Shown here one piece after another: positions 1-10,330 of a stretch of 64,000 bases of DNA. How positions within the stretch are numbered: position 1 is the stretch's first letter; every line of letters starts with the position of its first letter. The notes beneath the pieces were generated by a model. The model had not been told where the DNA came from, made no database searches, and was given only the letters and a program-made list of their open reading frames with translations. The translations under genes and the position numbers were made by a program. Source of the stretch: an uncultured archaeon (lineage in GTDB: Archaea > Thermoproteota > Bathyarchaeia > Bathyarchaeales > Bathycorpusculaceae); the NCBI GenBank assembly GCA_963782915.1, contig CAWALK010000015.1:32001-96000 (forward strand), in the 5' to 3' direction.

Positions 1-452
1 AAGATGTCATTAAACTGTTAGTTAGTAAAACTATTTCTGCGTCCGCTTCGGGTTTAGCGGAACCCATTAATTCAAAGTTTGACTGCCAAAACTCGCGGTA
101 TCTGCCGCGTTGGGGTTCATCATAACGGTACACTGTACCCACAGAGAACAAACGAAGCGGTTTAGGCTCGTTTCTGAGTGCAGTCGTGGTTAAACGTGCG
201 ATTGAGGCCGTGAATTCCGGGCGCAATGCAACTTGGCGTTCGCCGAGGTCTTTGAAGATGAACATGCGTTGGCGGATTTCTTCCCCCGATTTAGCGCTAA
301 GCAATTCAAGGGGCTCGACGTGGGGTGTTATGACTTCTTTGAAGCCATAGAGTTCTGCTGTTTCTCTTGCTTTAGCTATGATGGTAGGTGAAGGCTTGGG
401 CTTCTTCGCCGATTAAATCTCTCATTCCGCGGACTGTTTGAAACGCTGGCAT
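1..452 (-). CDS. hisS: Histidyl-tRNA synthetase, N-terminal part (runs off window start; apparent 1-nt frameshift near 385)
   Basis: Manual minus-strand translation from ATG at 452: MPAFQTVRGMRDLIGEEA...YGFKEVITPHVE...MFIFKDLGERQVALRPEFTASIAR...PLRLFSVGTVYRYDEPQRGRYREFWQSNFELMG; class II HisRS motifs. Confidence 0.93.
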
Positions 453-672
453 GTAAGTGAGCTCCTGTGGATAGCATATTGATGGTGGGTTGTTCTTTTA
501 AAACTCTCGCCTATTCTAAACGGCTACTTAGATCCAAAAAGGCAAATGGTTGTTTCATCATCGTTTTTCAATTAGTTTGCTGGCTTTAATCAATTTAGCT
601 AAAAATCAGGGTTCACGTAAACCTTTAATGCATAAGACCGATATTTGCTATTGAAACTGAGAGTGTATGTAG

Positions 673-2907
673 ATGTTGTCTCGCTCAGCTATAGTTAAAC
701 TCAAAGCTATCCTAATTATCGACTTAATCGTTATCGCCGCCGCTGCAGGCGCATACTTCTATCTCCTCAACGAAGGCGCCATAACCGGTGCCTCTAGACC
801 CGCCACCTTAGCGTTATCTGCCTTTACGGTTAGTCCCCAAGAAGCCTACGTTGGCGATACTATCCAAATCACCGCTAACGTAACAAATACCGGGGACGTA
901 ATCGGTAATGACACTTTTAATTTTGAAGTAAATGGGGTAGTGAAAGACACAACAAATCTCACGCTTGCAAGTGGCGATTCGCAAGAGATTGATTTTTCTG
1001 CGGTTGAAAATGATGCTGGGAACTATACGGTGAAAATCAGCAGTATATCCACAGATAATTCCATTTCAGGCTATTTCATACTAACGGAGCCTCCGCCGGA
1101 ATCGAGCAAAATAGTTCTCTCAAGCTTCAAATCGACCCCCTATGAAGGCTGGCCAGATACCCCAATCACCATAACTGCCACTGCACAGAATCCCTCGGCA
1201 GAAGCTGACCGCCTAATGGTTCGAGTAACAGTTGATAATGCAGTCGTGAACTCCACAGTCCTCGAAATGGCAGCTGGGGCAAGCCAAACAATAGAATTCA
1301 CAGTTAACGCGACCGCAGAGGGCAAACACACCGTTAAACTCAACAGCCTCACAGGGTCATTCATGATCGTAAAAGAAGGCTACCATACATTAACTATTAA
1401 CCGCTCAGGAGGCGGCTCAAAATCCTTACCTTTCACCCTCAACGGTGAAGAACATGGAACACCCTATCAGGCGCTTCTACCCATAGGTGAATACAGCATC
1501 TCAGTTCCAACTCCCTATAACGTTGGAACAGGTGTTTTGGAGTTTACCGCTTGGAGCGACGGCGTACGCGGTTCCTCTCGATCATTCACACTCGATAGCC
1601 GATTAATCCTAGTTTGCACTTACACCCTAATCAGCGGATATGCTTCCTGTCCATCACTCTACATATGGAATGGCACAGGCTACAGCTACATCACCGATGT
1701 ATCAAACACAGGTTGGTTAGGCTACATCGGCTACATTAACTCAGACGGAACAATCGTGCATCGCGGAGGAAACCCCTGGGACTATGTTAAACTCGACAAT
1801 AACATCTTAACCGCAAAAGACGGCTACTACGATGTTGCACTTTTCCAGCAATGGGACGAACTCTACTACTTAGACAACGCCTACATGGTAGCAGTTGATC
1901 ACCCAATCGGCACCGACGTATACTCAACCATGAACAGTTACCTAGCCAAAGGCAACACAGGAACCCTCTACACCGTAAACCAAACCAGCACCACATCGCC
2001 GATTTCTGCCACAAACGAAAAAGGCCAAAATGTCTTACCGCAAATTTCCTCGATTGACAGAGTCTTCACACCAGGCACCAACGGCTTTGCCAGCCCAGCA
2101 TGGAACAACATTAGCATAAACCAGTTAACATTAGATTTAGGCAACCTCTCTTCGGCTAACCAGATCAAGCTAGTAGTCAACGGCATGATCGATTGGGGCG
2201 ATGCTGGCATCTACTATAACTGGATAGATGCATTCAAAGCAGCAGCAGCCCAAGGATTAGTCGCCAATGGCACGGAAATTAACCCTGCGCCATACTTGGA
2301 AGTGCAGGCAGCCAATGGCACCTGGATAAAAGTGGATTACGCAATGCCTAACCCCTCAGACTTTAACGCAAGAACCTTCGTACTTGACTTAACAGGCCAA
2401 TTCCCCGCTGGTATAAGCGATTACAAAGTTAGAGTCAACAACTTCTTCAACGTAACATATGACTACATAGGCCTCGACGTAACCACCCAACAAAACATTA
2501 CCGTTCAAACAATCAACGCATCCAGCGCAACCCTTAGCCAAGTATGGGAAACACAATCAACCTCCAGCGGAGCATTCACACGCTACGGCGACGTGTCAGC
2601 ATTAGTACAAAACGCCGATGACATGTACGTGATAGGCAGACAAGGCGACCAAGTCAACCTACTCTTCCCAACCGCCAACCTTACAGCGCCAGCGGATGGC
2701 ATGGTACGCGACTATTTCATCTATGTTTCCTGCTGGTTTAAGGACCCGCCTGGAGCATGGGGATACGGCTTTAACTTCACCGTGGATTCACTGCCATTCA
2801 TGGGCATGAGCGGCTACCCATACCCGAGCAACGAAAGCTACCCCTACGACGCAGCACACCTAGCCTACATACAAGAATACAACACAAGAATATTCCCCCC
2901 AACCTAA
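673..2907 (+). CDS. Membrane-anchored surface protein with two CARDB/Ig-like repeats and a C-terminal domain of the type found in ASPIC/UnbV-associated proteins
   Basis: N-terminal TM segment; two CARDB-like repeats (ITANVTNTGD...YTVKI; ITATAQNPS...HTVKL); SCPSLYIWNG...ELYYLD...FTRYGDV...LPFMGMSGYPY C-terminal block. Confidence 0.65.
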   Translation: MLSRSAIVKLKAILIIDLIVIAAAAGAYFYLLNEGAITGASRPATLALSAFTVSPQEAYVGDTIQITANVTNTGDVIGNDTFNFEVNGVVKDTTNLTLASGDSQEIDFSAVENDAGNYTVKISSISTDNSISGYFILTEPPPESSKIVLSSFKSTPYEGWPDTPITITATAQNPSAEADRLMVRVTVDNAVVNSTVLEMAAGASQTIEFTVNATAEGKHTVKLNSLTGSFMIVKEGYHTLTINRSGGGSKSLPFTLNGEEHGTPYQALLPIGEYSISVPTPYNVGTGVLEFTAWSDGVRGSSRSFTLDSRLILVCTYTLISGYASCPSLYIWNGTGYSYITDVSNTGWLGYIGYINSDGTIVHRGGNPWDYVKLDNNILTAKDGYYDVALFQQWDELYYLDNAYMVAVDHPIGTDVYSTMNSYLAKGNTGTLYTVNQTSTTSPISATNEKGQNVLPQISSIDRVFTPGTNGFASPAWNNISINQLTLDLGNLSSANQIKLVVNGMIDWGDAGIYYNWIDAFKAAAAQGLVANGTEINPAPYLEVQAANGTWIKVDYAMPNPSDFNARTFVLDLTGQFPAGISDYKVRVNNFFNVTYDYIGLDVTTQQNITVQTINASSATLSQVWETQSTSSGAFTRYGDVSALVQNADDMYVIGRQGDQVNLLFPTANLTAPADGMVRDYFIYVSCWFKDPPGAWGYGFNFTVDSLPFMGMSGYPYPSNESYPYDAAHLAYIQEYNTRIFPPT

Positions 2908-3198
2908 ACCCATTTTTCTTTTTTTTAATTTCTTCTTTTCGCCATTAGCCAACTGCTTGCTTTTTGCTCCACAACCAGCCAGCAACACAACACAGGCGCA
3001 GACCAACAAAAGCAGCTCCCTGCCAAGTCCATTGGTAGTTGTTGTGTATAGGGGCTTTTTGGCAACAACTAACAAAGAAAAAACACCTACAATCCAATAA
3101 TCATCAAAATCAAAAAATTACTCTGCAGATTCCAGAAAAATGCAAACCTTAAATGCCTAAACCCATTATTTGCTATAAAGCCCAACGAGAAAATCTGC

Positions 3199-3897
3199 AT
3201 GTCGTTGATACCTCAATTAGCTAATCCGTATTTGGATGCGTTTGTAGGCGGCTTGTTCTTTGGTTTAGCATATTGTACCGCTTCCTGTTTGCCCGTTGTG
3301 GCTGGTTACATTGCAGGTGTAGGCTCAGGTTTCAAGCAAAGCGTCAAAATTACCGTGATTTTCAATGGCGGACGAGTACTCGCTTACTCGTTGATTGGGG
3401 CAATTATTGGGTTATTCGGCGGTTTGCTGCGGGTCTTCGTTTCTGCAGACGCTATTTCGCCTTTTCAGATTTATTCATCCTTAGCTTTCGGTTTAGTTAC
3501 AGTTGCCATCGGCGTAGTGCTCATGTTCCAGGCAAGGAAATCCACCTGCAACTGCAGCGCTCCAGACGCTAAAGTTGCCCAAAGCAGAATGCGGCGTTTC
3601 GGAGTAGATTTCGGCGCTTTCTCATTGGGCTTCACCAGAGGCTTAATCGTTTGTGCACCGTTAATTTTGATACTCACTACCACAATGACTCTTGTAGAAC
3701 CCGCTGGCAGCGTGGCAATAGCGATTCTGTTTGGTTTAGGCACCGCAATCTCGCCTATGCTACTCTTAGGCGGAGTCACTGGATGGCTGCTAAACAAGGC
3801 ACCGCTCTTTCGCAAATGGACTGCGATAGCTGGCGGCGTCATCCTCATCGTGCTTGGGGTAGTTTCAGTGTATAGTTCCTTAATTCAAGTAATCTAG
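3199..3897 (+). CDS. DsbD_2/CcdA-like (TauE/SafE superfamily) transmembrane protein
   Basis: Multi-TM; CTASCLP, FNGGRVLAY, GLIVCAPL and FGLGT motifs typical of the DsbD_2 family. Confidence 0.75.
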   Translation: MSLIPQLANPYLDAFVGGLFFGLAYCTASCLPVVAGYIAGVGSGFKQSVKITVIFNGGRVLAYSLIGAIIGLFGGLLRVFVSADAISPFQIYSSLAFGLVTVAIGVVLMFQARKSTCNCSAPDAKVAQSRMRRFGVDFGAFSLGFTRGLIVCAPLILILTTTMTLVEPAGSVAIAILFGLGTAISPMLLLGGVTGWLLNKAPLFRKWTAIAGGVILIVLGVVSVYSSLIQVI

Positions 3898-3907
3898 GCG
3901 AACTGAT

Positions 3908-4891
3908 ATGGCTGGAGAAATAATCGGCGACATACTAAGATTAACCGTGTTAGCGGGGCTTGGAGTAGCGGGGATAGTGGCGATTCTGCTCTACAAAAAG
4001 AATCTTGCAACCCGCGTAACCTTCCTACGGTTCGTTATTCAAGCCGTTGCATTTGCCGCATTATTCTATGTTTTCTCCTACTCGATTCCATTGCTTTATG
4101 TGCTTTTGGTGGTGTTTGGGATGTCGCTGGTTCTGGGCAGATTCTACTGCGGTTGGCTATGTCCCTTCGGATTAATAATGGATATAGAAATCATGGTGCG
4201 AAAAGCGCTGAAAATCCGCCACCGAATAATCCCCGACAAACTAAACATAGCCCTCCACAAAAGCCGATACATCATACTGCTCGCATTCCTTTTAACGCCG
4301 CTTGTTTTGTGGATGCTTGAACCCAAAGAAATCATGGTTTCACCCATAATGGCCGAACTCCTAGCAGGTCACTACCGCCCATACAGCATCCTACTTGATC
4401 CTATGATTCCGTTTGTGGTGCCTTGGGCCGGAACAGCAGACGTTGCCATCGGCGGCATCAACTTCACCTATCCGTACGCCCAAAACATAATGACTTTTAT
4501 CGGCCAAGACATCGGCTTATTCTTAGCCATAGCCTTCGTCGCTGCCACGCTCGTAGGAGGCTTTTTGGTTAGGCGGGTTTGGTGCCGCTTCTGCCCCACA
4601 GGCGCATCCCTAGCAGCCATCAACCAGTTCAAGGGTTTTAAGGCAGTTCCCCTGCTATATGTAGAGAAAGACGAAGAAAAATGCACCAAATGCGGCGTAT
4701 GCAAACGCGTCTGCACCGTCCAAGTCAACGAACCCTACGATCAAAAAGGCGGAAAAATCGGCACTTCACAATGCATGCTCTGCGCAAGATGCGTAGAAAT
4801 GTGTCCCTACGAAGATGCGCTCAAAATAAAGTTGGGTAACAAAACCGTGTTTCATTCAAGAAACTGGTTAGAACCATCGAAGAGTGAATGA
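3908..4891 (+). CDS. NapH/FixG-like membrane 4Fe-4S binding protein
   Basis: GRFYCGWLCPFG and RVWCRFCPTG motifs plus two CxxCxxCxxxC ferredoxin motifs; several TM helices. Confidence 0.88.
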   Translation: MAGEIIGDILRLTVLAGLGVAGIVAILLYKKNLATRVTFLRFVIQAVAFAALFYVFSYSIPLLYVLLVVFGMSLVLGRFYCGWLCPFGLIMDIEIMVRKALKIRHRIIPDKLNIALHKSRYIILLAFLLTPLVLWMLEPKEIMVSPIMAELLAGHYRPYSILLDPMIPFVVPWAGTADVAIGGINFTYPYAQNIMTFIGQDIGLFLAIAFVAATLVGGFLVRRVWCRFCPTGASLAAINQFKGFKAVPLLYVEKDEEKCTKCGVCKRVCTVQVNEPYDQKGGKIGTSQCMLCARCVEMCPYEDALKIKLGNKTVFHSRNWLEPSKSE

Positions 4892-6233
4892 GGAACAAGA
4901 AATGAAAAACCAACTCCCCGAAAGAAGATACATGCCTGAAGTCTCCAAGAAAGAAATCGATGAATTAAAAAACACCATGAAAGCTGCATCGCAAAAAGTC
5001 ATAGCTGACAACATAGCGCAAATGAAAAAAGCTGACCCACACCGCCCCGACGCTATGAAGTACTTTGATGACATCGCCAACTTGTTCGGTAAACGCCAAG
5101 AAGAAATCGCAGCTGAGAAAGCTAAGGGCAAAAAAGTCATCGGTTACATGTGCCTCTTTGCACCCACCGAACTCATCAGCGCCGCAGACGCCATCCCAGT
5201 CCGAGTCAACTCCGGTTGGTATGACACTTCAAAACTCGGCGACCGCGTCGTCCCCGTCGAAGTATGCCCAGTTATCCGCTCAACGATCGGCGCAAAAATG
5301 ATTGAACTCTCACCCTTCATGGAGCAAAGCGACGCCCTAATCAGCGTCTTAACATGCGATGGCATGACTAAACTCAGCGAAATCTTGGGTGACTCTAAAA
5401 CTGTTTGGGGCATGAATGTTCCGCGCATAAAAGATTCCGCCCAGTCGCTTCGGTTCTGGAGTGACGAAATCAAGCATATGAAAAAACAAATTGAGGAGTT
5501 CACTGGTAACAAGATTGACCGTAAAAGCCTAAAAGGAGCCATCGAAACCAGCCACCGCGCCACCAAAGCCTTCCGCCGACTTCAAGAACTGCGCAAGGGC
5601 AACCCGGTTATCATGGGCAGAGACGCCATGCTTGTTAATCAGGCTTATAGTTGGGATGATAAGGTGCGTTGGACTGAGAACGCTGAAAAACTCTGCACTG
5701 AACTCGAAGCGAGGGCTGAACGTAAAGATTGGGTTTGCAGCACCGATACGCCAAGAGTCATGGTTACGGGTACACCGATGTTTTGGCCAGACAACTGGAA
5801 ACTACCCACACTCGTCGAAGAAGGCAACCCGCCGGGCATCATCGTTGCTGATGAGCAATGCAGCGGCGAACGCATCTTAAACGACCCCATCGGCGTAGAC
5901 GAATGGTCCATGGATGACATGTTAAACGCAATGAGCGAACGCTACCTCATGGCATCCACGTGCCCATGCTTTACGAGCAAAGACGGCAACGAAGACCGCA
6001 TCAACTGGCTACTAAACAAAGTCAAAGACTGGAACGTCCAAGGCGTCATCTACTACGTAGTCCGAGGCTGCATGCTCTACGCAATGGAATACACCCGCGT
6101 AAAGAAAGCGCTGGACAAAATTAATGTCCCCGTTTACTATTTGGATACAGAATATACCCGTGAAGACGTTGGGCAAATGAAGACCCGTGTTGAGGCTTTC
6201 CTTGAAATGCTCAACGCAAGAGTCGATATTTAA
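4884..6233 (+). CDS. 2-hydroxyacyl-CoA dehydratase/benzoyl-CoA reductase family Fe-S protein, double-cubane cluster protein (DCCP)-like
   Basis: HGD-D family motifs GYMCLFAP, EVCPVIRS, LTCDG, PRVMVTG, DEQCSGER, TCPCF, RGCMLY and GQMKTRVEAFLE. Confidence 0.85.
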   Translation: MNEEQEMKNQLPERRYMPEVSKKEIDELKNTMKAASQKVIADNIAQMKKADPHRPDAMKYFDDIANLFGKRQEEIAAEKAKGKKVIGYMCLFAPTELISAADAIPVRVNSGWYDTSKLGDRVVPVEVCPVIRSTIGAKMIELSPFMEQSDALISVLTCDGMTKLSEILGDSKTVWGMNVPRIKDSAQSLRFWSDEIKHMKKQIEEFTGNKIDRKSLKGAIETSHRATKAFRRLQELRKGNPVIMGRDAMLVNQAYSWDDKVRWTENAEKLCTELEARAERKDWVCSTDTPRVMVTGTPMFWPDNWKLPTLVEEGNPPGIIVADEQCSGERILNDPIGVDEWSMDDMLNAMSERYLMASTCPCFTSKDGNEDRINWLLNKVKDWNVQGVIYYVVRGCMLYAMEYTRVKKALDKINVPVYYLDTEYTREDVGQMKTRVEAFLEMLNARVDI

Positions 6234-6247
6234 GGTGAAATGAAATA

Positions 6248-7031
6248 GTGATTACCGTTGGAATGGACCTTGGAACGCAGCGAGTAAAAGCTGTTGTCCT
6301 AAAAGATGGGGCTGTTGTTGGAAGGGGGCAAGCGTTTTCAGGGTTTGACCCCACAAAAGCAGCCGAAGACGCAGTCAACCAAGCCCTAAACGCAGCCAAC
6401 CTCAAACTCTCTGATGTACAACACTTCTCAGCCACAGGCTCAGCCATGGAAATGGCGCCCTACAAAAACAGCACCGTATCCATGATGGGTGCAGACGCAA
6501 AAGCAGGCGTCCACCTAATCCCAAAAGCCCGAACAATAATCGATGTCGGCGCAGAAGAAGCCCGAGCAGTCAAATGCGACGAAAAAGGCGCCATGATCGG
6601 ACTTCGTAGTTAACGAACGCTGTGCGGCAGGGGCAGGCGCATTCATCGAAGCCATGGCACGCGCACTCGAAGTTAAACTCGAAGACATGGGCCCACTTGC
6701 AGTCACGGCACAACGCGCCAGCCCAATCAACGCTTCATGCGTCATATTCGGCGAATCCGACGTAGTCTCGCTTATCCACCGCCAAGAACCCAAATCCGAA
6801 ATCGCCCGAGCCGTCTTCGACGCCATGGCAGACCGCATCTCATCGATGATTCACCGCTTAGGCGTAAACCCCGAAGTAGTCTTGGTCGGCGGCGTCGCCA
6901 AAGACGAAGGCTTCATAGCATCACTAAACCGCAAACTCGGCTTAACCGTGCAAATTCCAGATTACCCCGATTACGTCGGTGCATTAGGCGCCGCCTTAAT
7001 TGCAGCAACCCGCGTTAAAGGAGGCGCTTAA
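6248..7031 (+). CDS. ASKHA-family ATP-dependent activase, BzdP/BcrD-like (frameshift near 6600)
   Basis: MITVGMDLG, IIDVGAEEARAVKCD, (VV)NERCAAGAGAFIEAMARALE, NASCVIFGESDVVSLIH and VLVGGVAK across two frames. Confidence 0.85.
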
Positions 7032-7942
7032 ATGAACGGCAACGGCGCAGTCAAAGACGAGTTTTGGCGTTGGCAAGAATACCACCGCATAATGCCCAAC
7101 ATAAAATGGAGCAGCAAAGACATCATCACCGCAGGCGTCGATGTCGGCTCAGTCGGTTCCAAAGCAGCCATCATGGTTAATGGGCAAGCTTACAGTTGGG
7201 GCATCACCCGCACAGGCAGCAACAGTCCTGAGAGCGCAAGCAAAGCCCTTAGTTTCGCATTGCAGGACACAGGCTTAAAAGCCAGCGACCTCAAATATCA
7301 TCGTCGGCACAGGCTACGGACGCGTCAACGTGCCCATGGCAAACAAAGCCATAACCGAAATCGCCTGCCACGCAAAAGGCGCAAACTACATCTGGGGACC
7401 CAGCAGTGCGCACCGTACTTGATGTCGGCGGACAGGACATTAAAGCCATAAAAATCGACGAAACAGGCAGAGTCGTCAGCTTCCTCATGAACGACAAATG
7501 CGCTGCAGGCACAGGCAGAGGCATGGAAGTCTTCGCAGACCTACTCCAAATCCCCATCGAAGACATCGGCGACATCTCACTCAAAGTCGAAAAAGAACCC
7601 GACCCCGTAAGCTGCACATGCGTCGCATTCGCCAAAACCGAAGCCATGGGACTTTTGCGCAAAGGCTGGACCAAAGAAAAAGTCTTAGCCGCATACACAC
7701 GCGCAATGGCAGTACGCATGGCAAACCTAATCAACCGAGTCGGCTTAGAACCAGAACTCGTCGTCACAGGCGGACAATCCAAAAACATCGGCATAGTCAG
7801 CCGCATCGAAGTAATCCTGGGCACTAAATGCCTGCCAACACCAAGATGGCGAGAAGAAGGCGCCCTGGACCCCATGGTTGCAGGCGCACTGGGCGCAGCA
7901 TCATTTGCCAAAGCACTATACGACAAAGCACAAAAAACTTAG
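7032..7942 (+). CDS. ASKHA-family activase, BzdQ/BcrA-like (frameshifts near 7298 and 7403)
   Basis: EFWRWQE N-terminus resembling BzdQ; AGVDVGSVGSK, GTGYGRVNVP, EIACHAKG, LDVGGQDIK, MNDKCAAGTGRGME. Confidence 0.85.
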
Positions 7943-7954
7943 GGTGAATGGGCA

Positions 7955-8255
7955 ATGATCACGCATTACGGCTACATCGACGGTTCAGGCGAATACTACA
8001 TAGTAGTAGACTCCGACAAGTGCATTGGCTGCGGCAAATGCGTGGAGGTTTGCCCCCAAAAAGCCCTTGTTTTAGTTACTGAATTTATTGATTTAGAAGA
8101 CAAAACCGTAGCAGCCAGTATCTGAGGAGCACCGCAAAAAAATCAGCTACACTTGCCAAGCCTGCAAACCCGAAAGCGGCCAAACACCCTGCGTTTTAGC
8201 ATGCGGAGCAAAAGCCATAAAATGCGTTTGGAACCCAAAAAGCTCTGGATCATAA
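7955..8255 (+). CDS. BzdM-like 2x[4Fe-4S] ferredoxin (1-nt frameshift near 8116; absent from ORF track)
   Basis: Manual translation MITHYGYIDGSGEYYIVVDSDKCIGCGKCVEVCPQ...EEHRKKISYTCQACKP...PCVLACGAKAI. Confidence 0.85.
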
Positions 8256-8381
8256 CCGAAAATTTGAACCTTTCAGGCGACTGGACTGTGGTAAAGTGCA
8301 TGGGATGATGTCGCCGTCCCAGCCTTAGGGCAAAGTAAATTTCTGAGGCTGTATTACTGATTAGCTATTGTATGTCTCTAG

Positions 8382-9115
8382 TTATAAGCCTTTACCGCTT
8401 TTTCTTAACAAAAAGAATGTAATCAAAGGAATTACAATAAACAAAGGCAAAATTGCTGTTATTGATATCTCGGGAACAGTTGGACTTGGGTTTGAGGTTG
8501 GAAGTGCAGAAGCAGAGATAGATACAGAGCCATCAACTAAATTAAGTGTGTATGTATTGCTCCAATTGCTTCGTTCACCCGTAAAGACTTCATAATCGGA
8601 CCCTCTATGGTTTGCAGGACCAGGGGTGGTATGGACTTCAATGTAATGACCCACTATTGCTTGGACTTGAAAGTCTACCTTACCTCCAGAAGGGGCATAA
8701 ACAGAACTTGTGAGTAAACCTGTGTGGTAATAATACGCCCCATTCTTCAGAACAGTAAAATGCTATTCCCAAAGATTGAGGATAATATCTTGAATCGAAG
8801 ACTTCTGTCCAACTATCTTCAAAATGCCCTTTATACCTAATGTTGTAACCAGTTCCAGCATTAGATAGTTCTTGTTCTACAACAACTTCTATTGTCTTGT
8901 TCACCACATGGTACCCCTCAGTTACTGTTTCCCCTTTGTAGGGGTCTATAGTGGGTGAAGTGGTACATCATAGGAATTATCAAAGTACTTAATTGTGAAT
9001 TCTGGCACAGATGGTTAAGGAGTTGTTTGAGCATTAATAGGTTTTATCATCAATAGACTAATGTTGCTAAAATTACAACTAAGCATATTGAGAGGTATTT
9101 ACCCAATCTATCCAT
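8382..9115 (-). CDS. Secreted/surface protein with C-terminal VPE-type sorting signal and TM anchor, multiply frameshifted (possible pseudogene)
   Basis: ATG at 9115, signal-like segment, PSVPEFTIKYFDNSYDVP, YNIRYKGHF, VDFQVQAIVGH, ending PTVPEISITAILPLFIV...LLRKSGK. Confidence 0.6.
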
Positions 9116-9338
9116 ATTGAAACTGATATGTTTGTTTGGTTATATAATTTACTTATAAACACTAAGTCCCCAGTTACCCATAACGACGGAGAAGGGACTT
9201 CTGGTTATCTAATCGGCGGCAACCCTTGTGGTTGCTCGCTTCCAACAGTTCTCTCTGCTTTATTAATTACCAAAGCGAATAAGGGAAAGTTACTTTAGCA
9301 TTTGTTTGCATCATTAAAATAACCCTTGAGTTGGTTTA

Positions 9339-9703
9339 ATGGGCATCACAACAGAATTCGAGTTTACCCTGCCAGAAGGCTACGTTGACGAAAACGGGGC
9401 TCTTCATAAGACGGGCGTTATGCGGTTGGCTACGGCTGCGGATGAGGTTTTGCCGCTTAAGTTCCCAGAGTTCAACGAAACCCCGCATATTCAAGGTTCA
9501 TTGTTTTGTCTCGGGTTATCGTTAAGCTTGGAAATTTGCGTACAATAAACCCAAAGGTTGTTGAGGGTTTGTACGCTTCTGACTTGGCTTATTTGGAGTC
9601 TTTTTACAACAGGATAAACGGTAGGGGAACAGCCAAGTTTAGGGTAGTCTGTCCGTCGTGTAGGGCTAAATTTGAGGTTGATAAAAGCGATCACAGTGAA
9701 TAA
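9339..9703 (+). CDS. Phage-tail/extracellular contractile injection system (eCIS) tail assembly chaperone-like protein (1 frameshift near 9462)
   Basis: Joined translation TEFEFTLPEGYVDENGALHKTGVMRLATAADEVLPLK-PRVQRNPAY..IVLSRVIVKLG..INPKVVEGLYASDLAYLESFYNRING...VCPSCRAKFEV resembles the conserved protein encoded after tube genes in eCIS loci. Confidence 0.75.
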
Positions 9704-9799
9704 TATGCCCTGATTCGGAGAAGGTCGTCGGGAGCCCTATAATAGACGTTTGCCCTTAGTTCTTAGGACTCCAAATAGCCTGGCTCTGAGGTATATAAT

Positions 9800-10330
9800 C
9801 AGTTTTTCGATGCCTTTTACAGAGTATCGCTCCAACAATGAACAAGGACAAAACCAAGGGTAAAGTCGCTAATGCTCGATAAATTCTGGAACTGAAGATA
9901 GCCCCATGTATTTGAATTCGTCGAATCTACTTTCGCTTGGTGGTAGGGCAGGGTTGAGGCTGGGGGATGTTGATGGCGCATTAGTTGTAGCAGGTAATAG
10001 TTGATGGTGGATTGTTACTTTTCCGTTTATTGTAACGGAATTGGAGAAGGGCTGTTTAGCGGCTGTTATGTTATAGGTGTCAGAATAATTTAGTTGAACA
10101 ATGTTTGTAAATTGGGTTCCTTGGATAGTGGTTGTTTGAATGGTTGGTGCTTGCTATCAGTAATTCGATCTATGTATTTGTCTTGGGGGCGGTCTGGGTC
10201 ACTATTGGTTGATGTTACGGTGAATTGAATGTAATCAACCGGCTGCAGCCTCAGAATGAGCACACTGGGTAAACAACTCGCCAAATGCCCACAAAGGAGT
10301 GATGAACAAGAACAGGTTTGGTCTTGTATG
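9800..10330 (-). pseudogene. Degraded secreted protein remnant with VPEF-like C-terminal sorting signal
   Basis: Fragmentary frames ending in SVPEF, then a hydrophobic run (LPLVLSLFIVGAIL) and a basic tail (CKRHRK); several stops and frameshifts. Confidence 0.4.

Noticed and set aside
4884-7942. Calling the operon a canonical benzoyl-CoA reductase (bzdNOPQ)
   Set aside because: Only one catalytic-type subunit is present and it looks double-cubane-like; no other benzoate pathway genes are nearby, so gene symbols were withheld.
8270-8362. Possible C/D sRNA or riboswitch (GGGATGATGT...CTGA) after the ferredoxin
   Set aside because: C box imperfect, box spacing unconvincing and no terminal stem; insufficient support.
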